Origin: Candidatus Omnitrophota bacterium
GTDB taxonomy: Bacteria > Omnitrophota > Gorgyraeia > 2-01-FULL-45-10
NCBI GenBank assembly: GCA_030695905.1
Contig: JAUYOL010000001.1
Coordinates: 66,023-130,022 of the forward strand
Direction: 5' to 3'
Length of the DNA stretch: 64,000 nucleotides
Under the pieces are notes generated by a model. The model searched no databases and had not been told where the DNA came from. It worked only from the letters and a program-made list of their open reading frames with translations. How positions within the stretch are numbered: the first letter of the stretch is position 1; every line of letters starts with the position of its first letter. The translations under genes were made by a program, and so were the position numbers. This document shows, piece after piece, positions 58,348 to 64,000 of the stretch.

Positions 58348-59868
58348 ATGGAATTTAGACCGGAAGAAGTAACAGCGATAATAAAACTGGAACTCGAAAA
58401 ATATAAGACCAGGCTCAGGATGGAGTCCATAGGCACCGTACTGCAGGTAGGAGACGGTATAGCGCTTGCCTACGGCCTAGATGATGTTATGGCCGGTGAG
58501 CTTGTTCAATTCTCAAGTAATGTCACGGGCATGGTATTTAACCTGGAAGAAGAGAATGTCGGTATTATTATATTCGGCGACGAAAAAACTATAAAAGAAG
58601 GCGATACGGTAAAGAGGACTTATAAAGTGGCCCAGATGCCGGTAGGCGAAGCGCTTTTAGGCAGGGTTGTCAACGCGCTTGGAGTGCCCATAGACGGCTT
58701 GGGCGAGATAAATACGCATAGATACCGGCCTATAGAGACCAGGTCGCCCACTGTTGTGCAGCGGCAGCCCGTCAAAGAACCTCTGCAGACGGGGATAAAG
58801 GCGATAGATTCTATGATACCGATAGGCCGCGGCCAGCGCGAGCTTGTAATCGCTGACAGGCAGACAGGTAAAACCTCTATAGTAATAGACACTATTATAA
58901 ATCAGAAGAACAAGGGAGTGTATTGCATATACGTCGCGATAGGCCAGAAGATGTCAAATATAGTGGCCGTTACCGAGACGCTGAAAAAATATGGCGCGTT
59001 GGAATATACCGTTATAGTTAATGCCTCTTCGCGTTCGGCCGCGTCTTCACAATATCTGGCTCCATTTGCCGGATGCGCTATAGGAGAAGAATTTCTGCAT
59101 ACAGGAAGGCATGCCCTGGTCATATATGATGATCTATCCAAACATGCGCAGGCATACCGGCAACTATCGCTTCTTCTTCGTCGTCCACCCGGCAGAGAAG
59201 CATATCCAGGAGATATATTTTATCTTCACGCAAGGCTCCTGGAGCGCGCGGCTAAACTTACAGATGAATTAGGAGGCGGCTCACTTACGGCTATCCCCAT
59301 AATCGAAACCCAGGCCGGAGATATAACCAGCTACATACCCACAAACGTTATATCAATTACCGATGGACAGATATATCTTGAAAGTGACCTTTTTTACGCC
59401 GGCGTCCGGCCTGCGATAAATGTGGGCCTTTCTGTTTCGCGTGTAGGCGGTAACGCGCAGACCAAGGCGATGAAACAGGTTGCCGGCAGGCTAAGGCTTG
59501 ACCTTGCCCAATATAGGGAGTTATTGGCCTTTACGCAATTCGGCGCGGAGCTCGACAAAACTACACAGGCGCAGCTGATACGCGGCGAGCGCATGGTCGA
59601 AATACTAAAACAAGGGCAGTATGATACGCTGCCTATTTCAAAACAGATACTGATAATATACGCGGGGACCAACGGTTATCTTGATGACCTGCCCGTGGCG
59701 TCTATAAAGAAATTCGAAAGCGAATTCTACAAATATGTCGATAACCAGCATACCGACATCGCGATTGAGATCGAAACCAAGCACCACTTAAGTGAAGAGC
59801 TGATGTTGAGGCTTAATAGTATGATTGTTCTGTTTAAAGAAGAGTTTAAAAAGCAAAATAAATTATGA
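58348..59868 (+). CDS. atpA: ATP synthase F1 subunit alpha
   Basis: [32 protein letters not shown]. Confidence 0.97.
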   Translation: MEFRPEEVTAIIKLELEKYKTRLRMESIGTVLQVGDGIALAYGLDDVMAGELVQFSSNVTGMVFNLEEENVGIIIFGDEKTIKEGDTVKRTYKVAQMPVGEALLGRVVNALGVPIDGLGEINTHRYRPIETRSPTVVQRQPVKEPLQTGIKAIDSMIPIGRGQRELVIADRQTGKTSIVIDTIINQKNKGVYCIYVAIGQKMSNIVAVTETLKKYGALEYTVIVNASSRSAASSQYLAPFAGCAIGEEFLHTGRHALVIYDDLSKHAQAYRQLSLLLRRPPGREAYPGDIFYLHARLLERAAKLTDELGGGSLTAIPIIETQAGDITSYIPTNVISITDGQIYLESDLFYAGVRPAINVGLSVSRVGGNAQTKAMKQVAGRLRLDLAQYRELLAFTQFGAELDKTTQAQLIRGERMVEILKQGQYDTLPISKQILIIYAGTNGYLDDLPVASIKKFESEFYKYVDNQHTDIAIEIETKHHLSEELMLRLNSMIVLFKEEFKKQNKL

Positions 59869-60722
59869 CACAGGCCATTACCGGCATAAAGCTCAGGATG
59901 CGCAGCGTCGCCAATATCCGCAAAATTACAAGGGCGATGGAGATGGTATCGATGTCAAAATTAAACCGCGTAAGAGCGTCTCTTTTCGCGATGCGTAACT
60001 ATTTTGGCAGGCTCGAGGCCATATTTAATGATTTCCTGGCGCATACGGGTTATACCGCGCATCCGTTATTTGAAAAGCGCCAGAATGTAGAAAAAATAGG
60101 GCTGTGCGTAATAACATCTGATACAGGGTTGTGCAGCACATATAACCAGTTAATTATAAGGGCCGCCGAGGCCTTCATATCGAGATTTCAGAAAGAGAAT
60201 ATAAAGATAGTGACGGTCGGAAAAGAAGGCTACCACCATTTTAAAAAATTGGGTTTTGACATAAAAAGTTCCTATCCGGAATTGCATGGCCGCTATCCCG
60301 GAAAGCTGACGGAGAAGATGGCATCCGATCTAATAAGTCTTTTTTTAAACAGGGAAGCCGATGAAGTGTACGTGGCATATACGCATTTCGAATCGACTTT
60401 ACGGCACAGGCCAAAAGTGGAGAAATTCGTTAATATAGAATATAAAGATATAGGCTACGAGGATTACCTTATATTGGAGCCCGATATAAATGGTGTCGCG
60501 CAGGAGCTGGTCCCAAAATATTTATCCGAAAAGTTTCGGCTAACTCTTCTGGAGGCGCTTACGTCGGAGCATGCGGCAAGGATGTTCGCTATGAAGACGG
60601 CGACGGACAATGCGAATGAATTGATGGATACATTAACATTATTGAGAAATAAAGCGCGCCAGGCCGCGATTACAAAAGAGGTCATCGAGATTGCCTCGGG
60701 CGCGGAAGCTATGAGGGAGTAA
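59865..60722 (+). CDS. atpG: ATP synthase F1 subunit gamma
   Basis: [28 protein letters not shown]. Confidence 0.96.
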   Translation: MTQAITGIKLRMRSVANIRKITRAMEMVSMSKLNRVRASLFAMRNYFGRLEAIFNDFLAHTGYTAHPLFEKRQNVEKIGLCVITSDTGLCSTYNQLIIRAAEAFISRFQKENIKIVTVGKEGYHHFKKLGFDIKSSYPELHGRYPGKLTEKMASDLISLFLNREADEVYVAYTHFESTLRHRPKVEKFVNIEYKDIGYEDYLILEPDINGVAQELVPKYLSEKFRLTLLEALTSEHAARMFAMKTATDNANELMDTLTLLRNKARQAAITKEVIEIASGAEAMRE

Positions 60723-62370
<1,648 letters not shown>

Positions 62371-62379
<9 letters not shown>

Positions 62380-63762
62380 CATCAGGCCCAGTTGCAGGAA
62401 AAGAAGCAGATGGGCGAGCGCAAGGCCCGGTATAGCGATTGCGATTCCCGCCTTTAACCATTCAAGAAAAGATATCTGACATATTTTGCAGCGTTCAAGG
62501 TGTCCCACGGCCACTATATTTGCGGTACTGCCTATTATCGTAAGGTTCCCCAATATAGTTGATCCGAAAAGAATTGCCCACCATAGAGGGAATACATCCA
62601 CGCCCATAGAGCCTATATCTTTTATTATGGGTATAAAAGTGGCGACCGCCAGCACGTTATCCATGACGGCTGTAAGCGCGCCGGATGTCCACACACATAT
62701 GGACATCAATAGCGGAATATTTTTCCCCGCGGAATCCACTATGTTCTTTGCCACGACGGATGTTATACCCTGATATGTCAATGTGCCCACGGACGCGAAT
62801 AGAAAGAGAAAGAACGCAAGCGTCCACCAATCGACCTTCCTCTCGACTATGTCGCGGGCCTGTTTGCGCCCGATAACCAATACTGTCGCAGCTCCGATTA
62901 TAGACGTTCCCAGGAGCATTGTGTTTTTTGCGAGGCCCAGCAGATGCTCTATCTGGTGGTGCAGCACAAGGCATACGATAACGCAGGCAAATACCGCCCC
63001 GGCTATAATGGTATCCCTTGGCATCACTTTCTTTTCCGGTATAGCTTCCTTTATAGCTTTTTCTCTTTTGTGCGCCTGCATGGCGGCATGAAGCTCTTTT
63101 ATCGGTTTTGAGTAATATATAAAGAAAGCGGCTATCGTCGCCAAAAGGACTATGATGGATATTGGCGTAGCCCATCTTATGAAGTCCATGAACCCAAGAG
63201 AACTGCGCAAGGCTATTATGACGCCTATAGGGTTACCTACTACTGTAGCGCTTGAACCTATGTTTGTGGCGAAGACTACCATTATAATAAAAGGGACGGG
63301 GTTTAATTTATATCTGCTTGTTATGTTGAGCATCGCTGTTATCATGAAAAGGATACTTGTGACTTCGTCGACCAGCGCCGCCGATATGCCGGACATAATA
63401 AGCATTAGTATTATAAGGCGGTTCCCATTCATACCTACCAGCGATATTAGTTTATTTACCAGGTGTTCAAAAAATTGTTTTTCTTCCAGGTAGCCGACTA
63501 TTATCATCATGCCTATTAAGAATAATATTATATCGACGTTAGCGAATTCGATAATATGGGGCACATCCAATAATCCGGCGACCATAAGTATTCCGACGCC
63601 AAATAGCGCGAAGGCGAGCCTGTAGCTCCAGAAAAATATTGCGCCGAAAAATATCGCAGAAAATCCGCCTACGGCTATGAGTTGTTTAGTGGTAAGGCCT
63701 AATGTCGAGGATGCGAGGACCGTTAATATCAGCCCGGCTGTATAAAGAAGCGCGTTTCTCAT
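62371..63762 (-). CDS. ArsB/NhaD/SLC13-type ion transporter
   Basis: NIGSSATVVGNP, DNV, GNLTIIGSTANIV. Confidence 0.88.
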
Positions 63763-63882
63763 TTATTTTCCCATTCCTTGAGATTTATGATAACATACGC
63801 ACCTGGTCATAACAAGATTTTTTTGTTGAGCGATATAAGTTTTAGGTGTATATTATATATACTAAAAAGCAGGGGTAAAAGT

Positions 63883-64000
63883 ATGGTAGAAATAAATAGT
63901 GAAAATTTTAGCAAAGAAGTACTCGGCTCGGAAAAAGTTGTCCTTGTGGATTTTTGGGCGCCATGGTGCGTGCCCTGCAAGGTTATCGCCCCGACAGTCG
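63883..64000 (+). CDS. trxA: Thioredoxin (partial, runs off window)
   Basis: MVEINSENF...VLVDFWAPWCVPCKVIAP. Confidence 0.88.
   Translation, partial: MVEINSENFSKEVLGSEKVVLVDFWAPWCVPCKVIAPTV

Overview
Bacterial chromosomal window; the gene style suggests a PVC-superphylum organism such as Ca. Omnitrophota, which is an inference. Housekeeping flanks: pyrK-pyrD-pyrF-pyrE, nth, a PAS/GGDEF/HD-GYP and two-component cluster, homospermidine synthase, a c-di-GMP-I riboswitch, tadA next to its substrate tRNA-Arg(ACG), trxB, rlmI, an MshEN-PilZ receptor, minor pilins, and a complete F1Fo ATP synthase operon. Six intact tRNAs are present. The centre holds a ~23.1 kb integrated element (30551-53655) bounded by a 38-bp duplication of the 5' half of tRNA-Thr(CGT). 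It encodes a tyrosine integrase, an AlpA-like HTH, an NrS-1-type primase-polymerase/helicase with an iteron origin, and three lambda-cos-like sites, but no virion genes, so it looks like a PICI-like phage satellite. Its cargo is defence-type: type I R-M with interleaved TIR/NDT-like, ParB-like and Dam genes, an HsdR-S24 peptidase fusion, a proteasome-beta-like Ntn hydrolase with tandem Ig-like domains, a TIGR04255/HicB/HicA-like trio and a Schlafen-ATPase. An older related islet with an AbiE pair lies immediately left (27870-30550). Both carry a shared 72-bp anchor followed by chains of different operator-like palindromes. All family calls come from motifs recognised by eye; no database searches were run.
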